This document shows, piece by piece, positions 20,497-30,423 of a stretch of 52,379 nt of DNA. The stretch is from contig JAFGFK010000356.1 in assembly GCA_016931135.1 (NCBI GenBank), positions 1-52,379 of the forward strand, read 5' to 3'. Under the pieces are notes generated by a model. The model made no database searches. It was given only the letters and a program-made list of their open reading frames with translations, and was not told the DNA's origin. Both the position numbers and the translations under genes were made by a program. How positions within the stretch are numbered: position 1 is the stretch's first letter; every line of letters begins with the position of its first letter. This DNA is from Candidatus Sumerlaeota bacterium. GTDB taxonomy: Bacteria; Sumerlaeota; Sumerlaeia; MWCT01.

Positions 20497-21129
20497 TTAC
20501 TTCCAGTTCACGACCCTGCTTCTGACAATATCGCCGTCGCTGACCGTTCCGTTGGTTGGATCATACAGCTGAATGGTGGAAGGCCAACCGCCATCTACAA
20601 CGTCGAAATCCTGATCCGGACTGAAGGAAAGAAGGACAAAGTTGTCTTTTACCCAGAGATTTTCAGGCGTTTCGGCAAATATGGTTGCATGAGTTGGGGG
20701 ACTGGCGTCAATCATCAGATCGAGATAATCGGAGCCCCAATAATAAATAACCGTACCAACAGGGGGAGGACCCCAGCCGGTGTATTTAATGTTAAAGGCA
20801 TCCTGGGGAATGGTGGTAATATAGGCTATAGGGGAAGTCAGCGGAATCAGGCGAAGAATAGGGGGATTGACAGGAGAGGATCCGCCACCACTTATTATGT
20901 CAGCGGGATTGACTGTAGGCTCTATGATAGACATGCAGGGGGGGTATTTATTGGTATCGACGCGATAGGCTTCCAGTGCGGTGATAACGGAGCGAATATC
21001 TGATTTGACGCGGCTGACTTTGGAGCGGACCTGGGCTTCGAGGAAGTTGGGGACCGCAATGGCAGCCAGAATGGCGATAATGGCGACGACGATAAGAAGT
21101 TCAATGAGCGTAAAGGCTTTTTTCTTCAT
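20497..21129 (-). CDS. Prepilin-type N-terminal cleavage/methylation domain protein (GspG-like pseudopilin)
   Basis: MKKKAFTLIELLIVVAIIAILAAIAVPNF; AAGGAGG RBS; C-terminal YDPTNGTVSDGDIV. Confidence 0.85.
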   Translation of the reverse strand: MKKKAFTLIELLIVVAIIAILAAIAVPNFLEAQVRSKVSRVKSDIRSVITALEAYRVDTNKYPPCMSIIEPTVNPADIISGGGSSPVNPPILRLIPLTSPIAYITTIPQDAFNIKYTGWGPPPVGTVIYYWGSDYLDLMIDASPPTHATIFAETPENLWVKDNFVLLSFSPDQDFDVVDGGWPSTIQLYDPTNGTVSDGDIVRSRVVNWK

Positions 21130-21181
21130 ATTAATATCACCTCCTTGTGAATATTTTTTGTCTTTGTTTTTCTACCTCATA

Positions 21182-21201
21182 AATTTGAAACGTTTCAAAT
21201 T
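21182..21201. promoter_or_regulatory. Perfect 20-bp palindrome (putative operator) overlapping the pseudopilin promoter
   Basis: AATTTGAAACGTTTCAAATT equals its own reverse complement. It overlaps the -10 element and the expected transcription start. Confidence 0.45.
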
Positions 21202-21226
21202 ATTTAAGAATCCTTACCCTTGTCAA
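21199..21226 (-). promoter_or_regulatory. Putative sigma70 promoter of the pseudopilin/beta-propeller operon
   Basis: On the minus strand: TTGACA (21226-21221), 16-nt spacer, AATAAT (21204-21199), about 70 nt upstream of the ATG at 21129. Confidence 0.5.
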
Positions 21227-21298
21227 CTGAAATTTGTATCCTTTTTCATTTTAATTATATGTTTTGCCCACCTTTATGACAACTTTAATTCGAAAAAA

Positions 21299-21502
21299 AT
21301 TGGGGTCAGACTCTAACTTATTATAACGTATTCGTTTTTACGGGATTTGCTTCAGTTTATCCTTAAATTAGAGCTGCTCGGGCCGGATTCCTGCCATACT
21401 TTACATTTTTATCAGGTGGGGATAAAAAATCTATATAGGTTATATCATTGATATTTCGAAAGTTATACAAATATATTCAGCAATATTCAGTAGATTGACC
21501 CC
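21299..21502. repeat. Inverted pair of GGGGTCA boxes (weak third member of the palindromic family)
   Basis: ATTGGGGTCAGACTCT lies at 21299-21314. GATTGACCCC at 21493-21502 reverse-complements to GGGGTCAATC, matching the copy 1/2 arm start. The right box lies 8 nt past the HIT gene stop. Confidence 0.3.
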
Positions 21503-21509
21503 AAACCTT

Positions 21510-21860
21510 CTATCCTGGGGGCCAACTGAATCTGCGCCCTCCCAGAAGGTGCAGATGGATATGAAATACCGCCTGTCCCGCATTCTGGTTACAGTTGAAT
21601 ACCAACCTGTATCCATCATCCGCCAATCCTTCCTTTTCTGCCAGGTTTCTGGCAACGAGGACCATCTTCCCCACGATCGCCGCATGTTTTTCCTCGAGAT
21701 CATTCGTAGTGGGAATGTGTTCCCTGGGAATGATCAAGATATGAGTTGGCGCCTGGGGATTGATATCCCGAAACGCCAGGATGTCGTCGGATTCGTAAAC
21801 CAGGGTGGATTTGATATCTCCCGATGCAATCCGGCAGAAAAGACAATCGCTGTTTCCCAT
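21510..21860 (-). CDS. HIT-family (HinT-like) nucleotide hydrolase
   Basis: CLFCRI..., INPQAPTHILIIP and the histidine triad HIHLHLLGG. Confidence 0.9.
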   Translation of the reverse strand: MGNSDCLFCRIASGDIKSTLVYESDDILAFRDINPQAPTHILIIPREHIPTTNDLEEKHAAIVGKMVLVARNLAEKEGLADDGYRLVFNCNQNAGQAVFHIHLHLLGGRRFSWPPG

Positions 21861-21946
21861 GTACTTTTCCTCCTTTTTCCCAAGTATGGAGGGAAAGATA
21901 TTTTCTCTTTACAATATCTCCCTCATGGTTTCATCATATATATTAT

Positions 21947-24586
21947 ATGAATATGCGTTATTTTTTATTTGCATCAAGTAAAATTGGCGCGACGGGGGGA
22001 AAATTGGATTTCCTGGCAACTGAAAATCTGAAAAAAGACCTGATTCAGGGCATTTCCCGTGGGGAAATCGAACAGGCGTCGTCTCTTACCCGAAATGCGG
22101 CGGATTCCGGAGCCTTGTCGCCGCAAATCCTGGGAAACGTGATGGGCAAGGCGTGCGCCTTTCTTTATGACAATTTCTTCGTTGATGGAGTAGAGCAATA
22201 TTATAAAACCGTTTTCCCATACATTCAGGGGGATATCCTGGAATCCTTCAAGGTTGTCATGGAGGAGCGCTTCCGCCTCACCCATGAATGGATGAATAAA
22301 TTATCCAATCTGTATGTGGAACGGATGGCAAGGGATATTCAGGACGCCATTCGAGCCAGGGAATACGATCTCGCAGGGCAGTTATGCCTCCATCTGGTAA
22401 GAGTAAAGGGAACCGGGGAACCCAATCTCGAGAGGGCGGCTCTTCTGGGCAACATATTTGGGACCCTGGAAAACATCCAGGATCAGGTGGAAGATGTCAT
22501 GCAGCGGCTTTGTTCCCTTTTCCCGGAAAGGATCATGCAAACAATCCGCGTCAACCAGAAGGAACGGCTCGCGTTGATCTATAAATCTCAGATGGAGAAC
22601 AGGGGTCAGGAATGGCAGCGGAATTTAACCATAGCGACCGCGGAAATAAAGAGATATTTGCCCTTATCTACGGTTGCGGGGGAACCTGATCCGTCCGATA
22701 TTGAAAAATTCGACCTTCTGATTCGCTCCATTGTCCGGTGTTACTACATGCCGCCGTATGCGCTGGATGATATACTCAATCTCCTGGTGGAGTTGCGCCC
22801 CCATGAGGTATCAGCCGCCGGGGCCGCCTCGGGTATGGAATCCCGGCTTTACAATGCCCTGAATCCCACCCAGAAGAAGGTTGTGATCGAGGTATTGACC
22901 CTTCTTGGGAAAAACAGGTCGTTTGTAAAAGAAATCGTCAAATTTGGAAGGGCAAATCAAGGCGCGAGGCGTCAGCAGATCGCCATAGAGATTCTGGGCG
23001 GACTCAAAGCGGAAAAGGCGGCGGATTATCTTATAGAATGCCTGCAGGACAAAAAGGGGGCTTTGATGCGCCCTGTGGTGATTGACTCGCTGGGTTCCCT
23101 GGTACGGCAGGATGTCCGGGTAGTTCTTTTGGACCTTCTGAGAACAAAGATCCAGGCTAAATCCATAGGACCTCAAATTCGGGAGGAAATTTCCCATATT
23201 CTCCTCGCGCTTGCAAAAATCAGTCGCAATGTCAATCTATCAAAAGAGGAAAGAAACGCCCTGATCCGGGATGTGATTCAAATCCTGGATGACAAGGATT
23301 CGCGGATCAATCTGATATGCGCCGAGAACTTATTCCTGTCGCGGCAGGATGAAATCGAGAAAGATTTGCGCGCGTGGTGTGTGGAACGTCTTACCGAGGG
23401 GTTATGGTTACGGGATACGTCGCCGGATTTTGCCCAGGGGACTAGAGCCGGGGAATCGAGCCAGCGAACTTTGCTGGGGCAAAGGGAAACGATTGTTGAC
23501 CTGATAAGTCAACTGGGACCTGAATTTCTTCCATCGGTGATAAAGGCGTCTGAAATCCGCATGATTCATTACGGAAGCGCTTACCTTGCCGTGGCGGAAA
23601 TCATGTCCCGCATGGGCGATGAGCGGGCTGTTCCCCTATTGGACAAAATCCTTAACGTCACCATGACAACGGATGAAAACGAGATCGGGAAATACGAGAG
23701 GGAACATTACTGGGACAACGCCGGGGAGACGTTGCGTATTCTTGAAAAGGACAAGATCGTTCATGGTATCGTATATGCTCTGAATAAAATCGGGGGGGAA
23801 GCCGCTGATCGCGTTGTGGAGGGACTTTATCACAAGTTTCAATCCGGAGAGTATCCCATCCCTGGAAAGGAGACAGGCGATCTTGTTTTCAGGATCTATC
23901 AACGCATCGAAGAAGGTCGTGGGGAACAATCGGATAAGAATGTTTCCGGGAATGTCCAAATGACAATAACAAGGGAGATGATCGAGGAAGCGATCAAAAT
24001 CCTGAAAAAGAGTTTTATATTCTCGAATTCGGAGAAACGGAGGATGCAAAAGGTCGGCGCGCTTCAGCTTCTGGGAAGCGCCAAAGACCCGGTTGCCCTC
24101 TGGGATATCATCCCCCAATTGGAAGATAAAGATTCCCTTGTCGCCGCTTCCGCCATGGCGGCGATTGTCGGTTACAACGCTCCGCCCATGGGCATGGAAA
24201 AACTGAGACGCTTCCTCCATGTACTGGTGAGTAGCTGGGAATCCGGTTCTTTCGATTTGAGACAGAAGATCGAGAAAATAATTTCCGGTCTCCAGCCTGA
24301 ACGCGATGCCATGAAGGGAAAAATCAGGGAGGCGATCGAAACGGAGTCGGATCACAAGATCCGGTTCTACATGGAGAAATTGTTTGTCGATCATCTGGCT
24401 CCCAGGGGCAAAGACAAGGAAGAGGCGGAGGAAGAACAAATCGATAATGCGGAAACGAGCGAAACCGGAAAGGCCTCTACTGCGAACATAGCGGCGTGGG
24501 AAAGAAAACGGCTGTATCTGGAAGCGCGGCGGAAATGGATAGCCGGAGGAAAGGACGGAGACCCCCCGAACCCCGCTGATTTTTAG
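21947..24586 (+). CDS. Large cytoplasmic HEAT/armadillo-repeat protein, function unknown
   Basis: PBS-lyase/HEAT-like repeats (RQQIAIEILGGLKAEKAADYLIECLQDKKGALMRPVVIDSLGSL and others). The start is set at the first ATG that does not overlap the divergent HIT gene; the ORF-track start is 21824. Confidence 0.55.
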   Translation: MNMRYFLFASSKIGATGGKLDFLATENLKKDLIQGISRGEIEQASSLTRNAADSGALSPQILGNVMGKACAFLYDNFFVDGVEQYYKTVFPYIQGDILESFKVVMEERFRLTHEWMNKLSNLYVERMARDIQDAIRAREYDLAGQLCLHLVRVKGTGEPNLERAALLGNIFGTLENIQDQVEDVMQRLCSLFPERIMQTIRVNQKERLALIYKSQMENRGQEWQRNLTIATAEIKRYLPLSTVAGEPDPSDIEKFDLLIRSIVRCYYMPPYALDDILNLLVELRPHEVSAAGAASGMESRLYNALNPTQKKVVIEVLTLLGKNRSFVKEIVKFGRANQGARRQQIAIEILGGLKAEKAADYLIECLQDKKGALMRPVVIDSLGSLVRQDVRVVLLDLLRTKIQAKSIGPQIREEISHILLALAKISRNVNLSKEERNALIRDVIQILDDKDSRINLICAENLFLSRQDEIEKDLRAWCVERLTEGLWLRDTSPDFAQGTRAGESSQRTLLGQRETIVDLISQLGPEFLPSVIKASEIRMIHYGSAYLAVAEIMSRMGDERAVPLLDKILNVTMTTDENEIGKYEREHYWDNAGETLRILEKDKIVHGIVYALNKIGGEAADRVVEGLYHKFQSGEYPIPGKETGDLVFRIYQRIEEGRGEQSDKNVSGNVQMTITREMIEEAIKILKKSFIFSNSEKRRMQKVGALQLLGSAKDPVALWDIIPQLEDKDSLVAASAMAAIVGYNAPPMGMEKLRRFLHVLVSSWESGSFDLRQKIEKIISGLQPERDAMKGKIREAIETESDHKIRFYMEKLFVDHLAPRGKDKEEAEEEQIDNAETSETGKASTANIAAWERKRLYLEARRKWIAGGKDGDPPNPADF

Positions 24587-24627
24587 GAGGCGGACAGGAC
24601 CGGATGCGGGAAGGGGGGAGGAGCGAT

Positions 24628-27108
24628 ATGTACAAAAAGATACTCGTCGTCATCCTTACAGTCAGCATAGCGCCGGCGCTGGTTGGAATCCTCCTGACAT
24701 ATTCCGGGAGTCTCATTGCTTTGGATGGCACAATCGGCAAATATCTGGAGGAGCGCGCCCAATTACTTTCAAAGAAAATCGAAGAAACCCTGAGTGGAAG
24801 GATCGCGTCTTTTCAGAATCTGACCCAGGACCCCACCATGGTTTATATTCTCCAGGAAATCCTTCATTCTGAGGAATCCCATGGAGAGAACAGCCTTAAA
24901 CTGCGATCTTCCCTTTCAGAGCTGGGGGAAAAATACGACATCGATGAATGTTCCCTCGTTATCTCTTCTCCGAACGGGGCGCCCCTTGTTTCTACGACTA
25001 ATGAAACGTTCCCATCTCTCGAGCGTTTTTCCTGGTGGAAAATAGTCCGTGAATCCAGCCCTTCCGAAGCGTTTGTGGCGGAGGAGCAGGCTTCCGAAGG
25101 TTCCCCCTCCCTTCTTATTTTGGCGATTCCCGTTATTGTGAAGGACGCCTCGACAAATCCGGATTATATCATTCTGTGCATGATGAAACTGGAAGATTTT
25201 CTGGAGAAGGCGTCCTTTATCCAAAGCGAGGAAAGGGGGGCGCCGGGGATTTTTTCCACGAGGGGACGTCTGCTCCTGAATGCGGAGAAGGAAAATCTGA
25301 TACTTCCGATCCTTCAAACGCGCCACATGTTTCTCAAATCTCAAACCAGCACCTGGTTTCCCACTCAGGAAATAAACAACAAAAAACACATCGTCGCCTT
25401 TTGCACGGTCAAACTCCTGCGCAACATGCAGCGGGAGGGCAGAAGCAATTGCGAATGGTTCTCTTATATCGTCTTCGACGCCGGCGATGTGGCGGCGCTC
25501 ATCAACCTTCTGATCTGGAGAATATCTTTACTGGGTTTGATGCTCGTGATCGTTCTGATCGCCCTGGGTTTGTATCTGTCGAGTCGAATCGTCAAGCCTA
25601 TCAAACAGCTCCATCAGGGCATGCGCGACATCACCTCCGGCAAGCTGGAGAGCCGGGTGGAGATTCATACGGGGGACGAGCTGGAGGACCTGGCGCAAGG
25701 ATTCAACGAGATGTCCCGCCGTTTAAAGGAGACATACGACGACCTTCAAAACAAGGTTTCCGAGTTGAATACCAAGGCGAACCAGATTTCCCTCATCCAC
25801 GAGATCGCCCAGGCAATCAATTCCGCCCTGGACCTGGACAAAATCTTCACCATTCTTGCCGAAGAGATGAAAAAAATCGTCGATTACGAATATGCCGGCA
25901 TAGCCCTGCTGGGCGAGAACAGAAAAGAAACCCAGTCGTTTCGGATTTTCCCCGGCTCCCCTGACAATCCATACAATTATACCCCCCTGCCGCTCCTGGG
26001 AAGCTTGCTTCGGAGAATTCTCGAAACTCCGAAACCTGTTATCAATAACGACCTTTCTTGTGAAGAGGCTGCGAACGAAGAGAAGGATTTATATCAACAA
26101 GGGATATTATCTTATATCATCCTTCCTCTTCTTTCTCCAGCCGGGGTAATCGGAGTCTTGACCTTGGGAAGCCGAACGAGGAATCGGTATGGAACAAGGG
26201 AAATCGACCTGCTCCACCATGTAGCTGAGGCGCTGTCAGTCGCCGTAGAGCACAGCAGGCTGTATGAAAGGGTCATGAGTTTCGCGGAGGAGCTTGAAGA
26301 AAAGGTAGAGGAACGCAGCCAGGCGCTGGAAGCGGCGAACCGAAAAATCATCTTAACGGAAAAATTCGCCGCAAGCGGTAAAATGGCGGCGGCTGTCGCT
26401 CATGAAATCAACAATCCCCTCGGCATCATAAAAAATTACCTGAAACTTTTCAACGACCAGTGGAGAAAGCACAGCGCCAGGCTGGAATCTCTGGGATTGA
26501 GTCTCAAACCGCTCGAGATCGTGAACGACGAGCTGGACCGCATAGCCCGCATTGTCCGCAATCTCCTGGATATTTTCAGGCCTTCTGAAGGCAAAAGAAC
26601 TCCCACAGACGTCAACAAGGAAATCAATCGATTGCTCGAGATGATGAAGAAAAACCTGGAAAAAAAAGGCGTCACAATTCATCAGGACATGGAGGAAACG
26701 CTGCCTCATCCCAGATTATCTCCAGACCTTTTGCGACAGGTTTTGCTGAATATCATCGGAAACGCCGAAGAGGCGATCCCGGAAAAGGGAGAGATTCATA
26801 TTCAGACGCGTTTTCTCGGAGCAGGAACCATCGGAAAGAAATATATAGAAATCGTGATCAAGGACACAGGATGCGGCATACCACCCGAGAACATGGCAAG
26901 AATCTTCGATCCATTTTTCTCCACAAAAAAAGAGGGAGAATCGACGGGACTGGGACTTTCCGTCACCTACAGCATCCTGAAAACCCTGGGAGGCGATATC
27001 ACGATAGCGAGCGACCCGGGTTATGGAACCAGGGTGAGAATTATCCTCCCCTACTTCTCACCGGAAGAAACGATATCCGACGAACAAACAGAGAATAAAA
27101 CGGTATAA
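24628..27108 (+). CDS. Sensor histidine kinase (periplasmic sensor, TM, HAMP, GAF, HisKA, HATPase_c)
   Basis: GGAGGAG RBS before the ATG at 24628. HAMP (GDELEDLAQGFNEM), GAF region, H-box AAVAHEINNPLGII and G-boxes DTGCGI / GTGLGLS. No receiver domain or adjacent response regulator. Confidence 0.88.
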   Translation: MYKKILVVILTVSIAPALVGILLTYSGSLIALDGTIGKYLEERAQLLSKKIEETLSGRIASFQNLTQDPTMVYILQEILHSEESHGENSLKLRSSLSELGEKYDIDECSLVISSPNGAPLVSTTNETFPSLERFSWWKIVRESSPSEAFVAEEQASEGSPSLLILAIPVIVKDASTNPDYIILCMMKLEDFLEKASFIQSEERGAPGIFSTRGRLLLNAEKENLILPILQTRHMFLKSQTSTWFPTQEINNKKHIVAFCTVKLLRNMQREGRSNCEWFSYIVFDAGDVAALINLLIWRISLLGLMLVIVLIALGLYLSSRIVKPIKQLHQGMRDITSGKLESRVEIHTGDELEDLAQGFNEMSRRLKETYDDLQNKVSELNTKANQISLIHEIAQAINSALDLDKIFTILAEEMKKIVDYEYAGIALLGENRKETQSFRIFPGSPDNPYNYTPLPLLGSLLRRILETPKPVINNDLSCEEAANEEKDLYQQGILSYIILPLLSPAGVIGVLTLGSRTRNRYGTREIDLLHHVAEALSVAVEHSRLYERVMSFAEELEEKVEERSQALEAANRKIILTEKFAASGKMAAAVAHEINNPLGIIKNYLKLFNDQWRKHSARLESLGLSLKPLEIVNDELDRIARIVRNLLDIFRPSEGKRTPTDVNKEINRLLEMMKKNLEKKGVTIHQDMEETLPHPRLSPDLLRQVLLNIIGNAEEAIPEKGEIHIQTRFLGAGTIGKKYIEIVIKDTGCGIPPENMARIFDPFFSTKKEGESTGLGLSVTYSILKTLGGDITIASDPGYGTRVRIILPYFSPEETISDEQTENKTV

Positions 27109-27116
27109 GAATTGAT

Positions 27117-27983
27117 TCAACTTACATTTTTTTCAATCCTGTGGCTCAGAATGTGATCTCCGTGATAAAAATTCAAATTCAAGGAAGAGGGGCAGATTTT
27201 CACCGCTTCCATGTAGAAATGAAAGCGTTCCATGCCCAGAATATGCGTTTTGGTAAGATCATAGGAGGTTTTCTTCAGGATATCCCTGCAGATATCCGGA
27301 CTTAAATCAAGTTGCTTGCGCCCCTCCTGTACGATTTCTTCCGTGGCGCCCAAGCCCTGTATTTTGGCTTGCAGAAGGAGGCGATTCAGAGGCGGCCCCA
27401 ACAATCCCTTCCTAACGGCCCATACCGCATGAACCAGGGGGGTATGCGTCCATTGTTCCCAGTTTTCGCCCAAATCAATGATCCGGGGGAATTGCGCGGT
27501 CACCTTCAGCGCCTGATCGCCCAATATGTGAAAGGCGTCATAATCGCTTTCAAAAAAAGGGTAATCCGGCGAAAGGGGATGAGAAGAGAGCACTTCCAGA
27601 GGCTGCATGCTCCACCTGATGCGAAACAGGGCGCGAATCAGGGCAATGGAATTGATGGAGCTTTGATCCACCAGGATGGTTTTGATATCTGCCGGCGCCA
27701 CTTTGGAGAAAACCGTGGAGATTCCGGAAGACCCGAATGTGGAAACCGTGATTCCCGGGATAACGGATAATTCGGGATGGCGCAGAACCGTCACGAACGG
27801 GATCAGGGCGCAATCGAGCTGTTCATTGACCAGAAGGCTGGATAATTCCCGGGGAAAGGCTTCCGAGATATCCAACTCCGGCGCCAGTCTTTTGAGGAAC
27901 CATACAAGCGGCTTGATATGAAAAAATGGCTGAACGCCGATTCTCAAGGGTACATTGCCGATATGGAAATCTTTGCTTGTCAT
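27117..27983 (-). CDS. mqnA: Menaquinone (futalosine pathway) biosynthesis protein, MqnA/MqnD family
   Basis: Periplasmic-binding-like fold pattern: LRIGVQPFFHIKPL...LDCALIPFV.... The choice of MqnA over MqnD is not resolved. The ATG at 27983 is preferred. Confidence 0.72.
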   Translation of the reverse strand: MTSKDFHIGNVPLRIGVQPFFHIKPLVWFLKRLAPELDISEAFPRELSSLLVNEQLDCALIPFVTVLRHPELSVIPGITVSTFGSSGISTVFSKVAPADIKTILVDQSSINSIALIRALFRIRWSMQPLEVLSSHPLSPDYPFFESDYDAFHILGDQALKVTAQFPRIIDLGENWEQWTHTPLVHAVWAVRKGLLGPPLNRLLLQAKIQGLGATEEIVQEGRKQLDLSPDICRDILKKTSYDLTKTHILGMERFHFYMEAVKICPSSLNLNFYHGDHILSHRIEKNVS

Positions 27984-28034
27984 AACAAAAAACCCGCATT
28001 GCAAAGCAATGATGATTCATGCATAAAGCGTAAA

Positions 28035-28469
28035 TCAGGAACGATCCTGGGGATAAACGCGGATAACGCGCCCGCGCCGCAGTCTTTTTTCTCCGCCCTT
28101 TTGCTCGAAACTCAACTTCTGAATGAGGTAAAAGGAAGAGGCGCCGAAGAATCCGCCGAAAAAGGCGGGCAATATCCCACGATAATAAGGAAGCAGCGAC
28201 TTGATGATCACAAACATCAACATAAAGAAAACAACATACATGATTCCCGTAACAGCGCACAATTTACCCTTTTGAGTGAAAAGAGGGATTTGGATATCCG
28301 CCAGAACGCGTCTCCCTTTGTCTATGGGCTGTTCCTTTTTGAGAAGCGCCCTGGTTGACAATGCACAGGAGGAACACTCCTCATCACACTTTAAAAGGGC
28401 TTTCTCCTCATCGATACACGCAAGGTAACAGCCCTCCTGAGTTCCCACAATCGTGGCTTCTTTCTCCAT
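28035..28469 (-). CDS. RseC/MucC-like small membrane protein
   Basis: N-terminal Cys-rich soluble segment (CDEECSSC) followed by two TM helices, the RseC/MucC family layout. Confidence 0.5.
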   Translation of the reverse strand: MEKEATIVGTQEGCYLACIDEEKALLKCDEECSSCALSTRALLKKEQPIDKGRRVLADIQIPLFTQKGKLCAVTGIMYVVFFMLMFVIIKSLLPYYRGILPAFFGGFFGASSFYLIQKLSFEQKGGEKRLRRGRVIRVYPQDRS

Positions 28470-28686
28470 GACTTTACATCCTCATGTCAACAGCGTTGTC
28501 AATACGTTCATCAACATTAATCCTGATTTTGAATGGTTGCCTTTCAAACAGGATTTAATCTGAAATGCCCTTTTCAGGCGAAATATTGCAAGTGAAAAGT
28601 TGAAAAAAGTCTTGCAATCCCCCATGTTCAATACTTAATGAATAAGACAACTTAACTGATATAATACCAAAAGAGGGTTACAATTT

Positions 28687-30423
28687 ATGGATAAAACAGG
28701 TGCAGAGATACTGGTTGAGGGTCTTGAAAAGGAAGGCGTCGATGTGATGTTTGGATATCCCGGGGGCGCAATACTCGATATCTGCGATTGCCTTTGTAAA
28801 TCCAAAATCCGCTTCATATTGACCCGGCACGAACAGGGCGCAGCGCATGCAGCCGACGGATTTGCCCGCAGCACGGGCAGGGTGGGCGTCTGCATGGCGA
28901 CATCGGGGCCTGGCGCCACAAACCTCGTTACCGGCATCGCCACAGCCTACATGGACTCCGTTCCCATGGTCGCCATAACGGGACAGGTGCCAACCTCCAT
29001 GATCGGCAATGACGCCTTTCAGGAGGCTGATATGGTTGGGATTACGAGACCCATCACCAAATACAATTACCTTGTCAAGGACGTCATGGATTTACCGAGG
29101 ATCATCAAGGAAGCCTTTTTCATCGCATCAACGGGCAGACCGGGCCCTGTGCTGATCGACATCCCCAAAGATATTCAGAGAGCCGTATATAAAAATTACT
29201 CCTACCCGGAAAAGATCGATATGAGGAGTTATAAACCGGTGTACGAGGGGCATCCCAACCAGATCGAGAAGGCGGCAAAGGCAATTGAAAAATCCAAGAA
29301 ACCTCTTCTTTACTGCGGCGGCGGCGCCATCATTTCCGGCGCTCATGAAGAAATTCTCAAACTCGCCGAAAAATGCGATATCCCCGTAACAATGACCCTT
29401 TTAGGCTTGGGATGCTTCCCGGGAAACCATCCCCTTGCCCTTAACATGCTCGGGATGCACGGAACCCAATACGCCAACTTTGCCACCGCGGAAACTGACC
29501 TGATCATCGCCGTAGGCGCCCGATTCGACGACCGCGTCACCGGAAAAATCGATGAATTCGCGCCCAACGCCCAGGGGCGCGTCATCCATATCGACATCGA
29601 TCCCAGCGCCATCTCCAAGAATATCCAGGTGTCGGTTCCCATTGTGGGCGACTGCAAAAAAGTTCTGAGCGATCTTTTGAAGGTCGTAAAACCTCTAAAA
29701 CATCCGGAATGGGTGAAACAGATCAGGGAATGGAAGGAAAAATTCCCCCTCAAATACAAAAATGACGACGATCTCCTGAGACCTCAATACATAGTGGAAA
29801 AGATTTACGAGATCACCAAAGGCGATGCGATCATCGTTACAGAGGTGGGGCAGAACCAGATGTGGGCAGCGCATTATTACCAATATTCAAAACCCCGCAC
29901 CTTTCTCTCATCAGGAGGGCTTGGCACCATGGGATACGGCTTCCCCGCAGCCATCGGCGCCAAAGTCGCCCATCCGGATAAACTTGTGATCGATGTCGCG
30001 GGCGACGGAAGCATCCAGATGAACATCCAGGAAATGGCGACCGCCGTGATCAACAACATCGATGTGAAAATCGTGATCCTGAACAACGCCTTCCTGGGAA
30101 TGGTCCGGCAATGGCAGGAGCTCTTTTATCAACGCGAATACGCTTTTACAGACCTTGTACGATACATCGACAAGGATATCACGACCGAAGATATCAAGAA
30201 AGATCCCAGCCTGTTTCTCCCGAATTTCGTCAAACTGGCTGAGGCTTACGACGCCCTGGGGCTGCGCGTAACGAAGAAAGAAGAAGTGACGCCCGCTCTG
30301 GAAAAGGCGTTCTCCTCTCCTAAAGTCGCCATAGTCGAGTGCATCGTGGAACGCGAGGAAAACGTATTCCCCATGATACCAGGAGGCGCCAGCGTCAAAC
30401 AAATGATTGGAGGAATGGCTTGA
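28687..30423 (+). CDS. ilvB: Acetolactate synthase, large (catalytic) subunit
   Basis: ThDP enzyme motifs ([45 protein letters not shown]); 578 aa. Confidence 0.95.
   Translation: MDKTGAEILVEGLEKEGVDVMFGYPGGAILDICDCLCKSKIRFILTRHEQGAAHAADGFARSTGRVGVCMATSGPGATNLVTGIATAYMDSVPMVAITGQVPTSMIGNDAFQEADMVGITRPITKYNYLVKDVMDLPRIIKEAFFIASTGRPGPVLIDIPKDIQRAVYKNYSYPEKIDMRSYKPVYEGHPNQIEKAAKAIEKSKKPLLYCGGGAIISGAHEEILKLAEKCDIPVTMTLLGLGCFPGNHPLALNMLGMHGTQYANFATAETDLIIAVGARFDDRVTGKIDEFAPNAQGRVIHIDIDPSAISKNIQVSVPIVGDCKKVLSDLLKVVKPLKHPEWVKQIREWKEKFPLKYKNDDDLLRPQYIVEKIYEITKGDAIIVTEVGQNQMWAAHYYQYSKPRTFLSSGGLGTMGYGFPAAIGAKVAHPDKLVIDVAGDGSIQMNIQEMATAVINNIDVKIVILNNAFLGMVRQWQELFYQREYAFTDLVRYIDKDITTEDIKKDPSLFLPNFVKLAEAYDALGLRVTKKEEVTPALEKAFSSPKVAIVECIVEREENVFPMIPGGASVKQMIGGMA

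Noticed and set aside
21824-21946. An upstream extension of the HEAT-protein ORF that overlaps the divergent HIT gene start.
   Set aside because: The extension would overlap the HIT coding region head-to-head and encodes a Cys/Phe/Trp-rich peptide with no RBS. The start was moved to 21947, which itself remains uncertain.
28470-28686. The 217-nt region upstream of ilvB, examined for a leader peptide, attenuator or riboswitch.
   Set aside because: I found no Ile/Val/Leu-rich mini-ORF, no alternative hairpins with a U-tract and no conserved riboswitch core that I can recognise. Repeated TTGACA-like motifs near 28475-28500 look like promoter elements for the divergent RseC-like gene.
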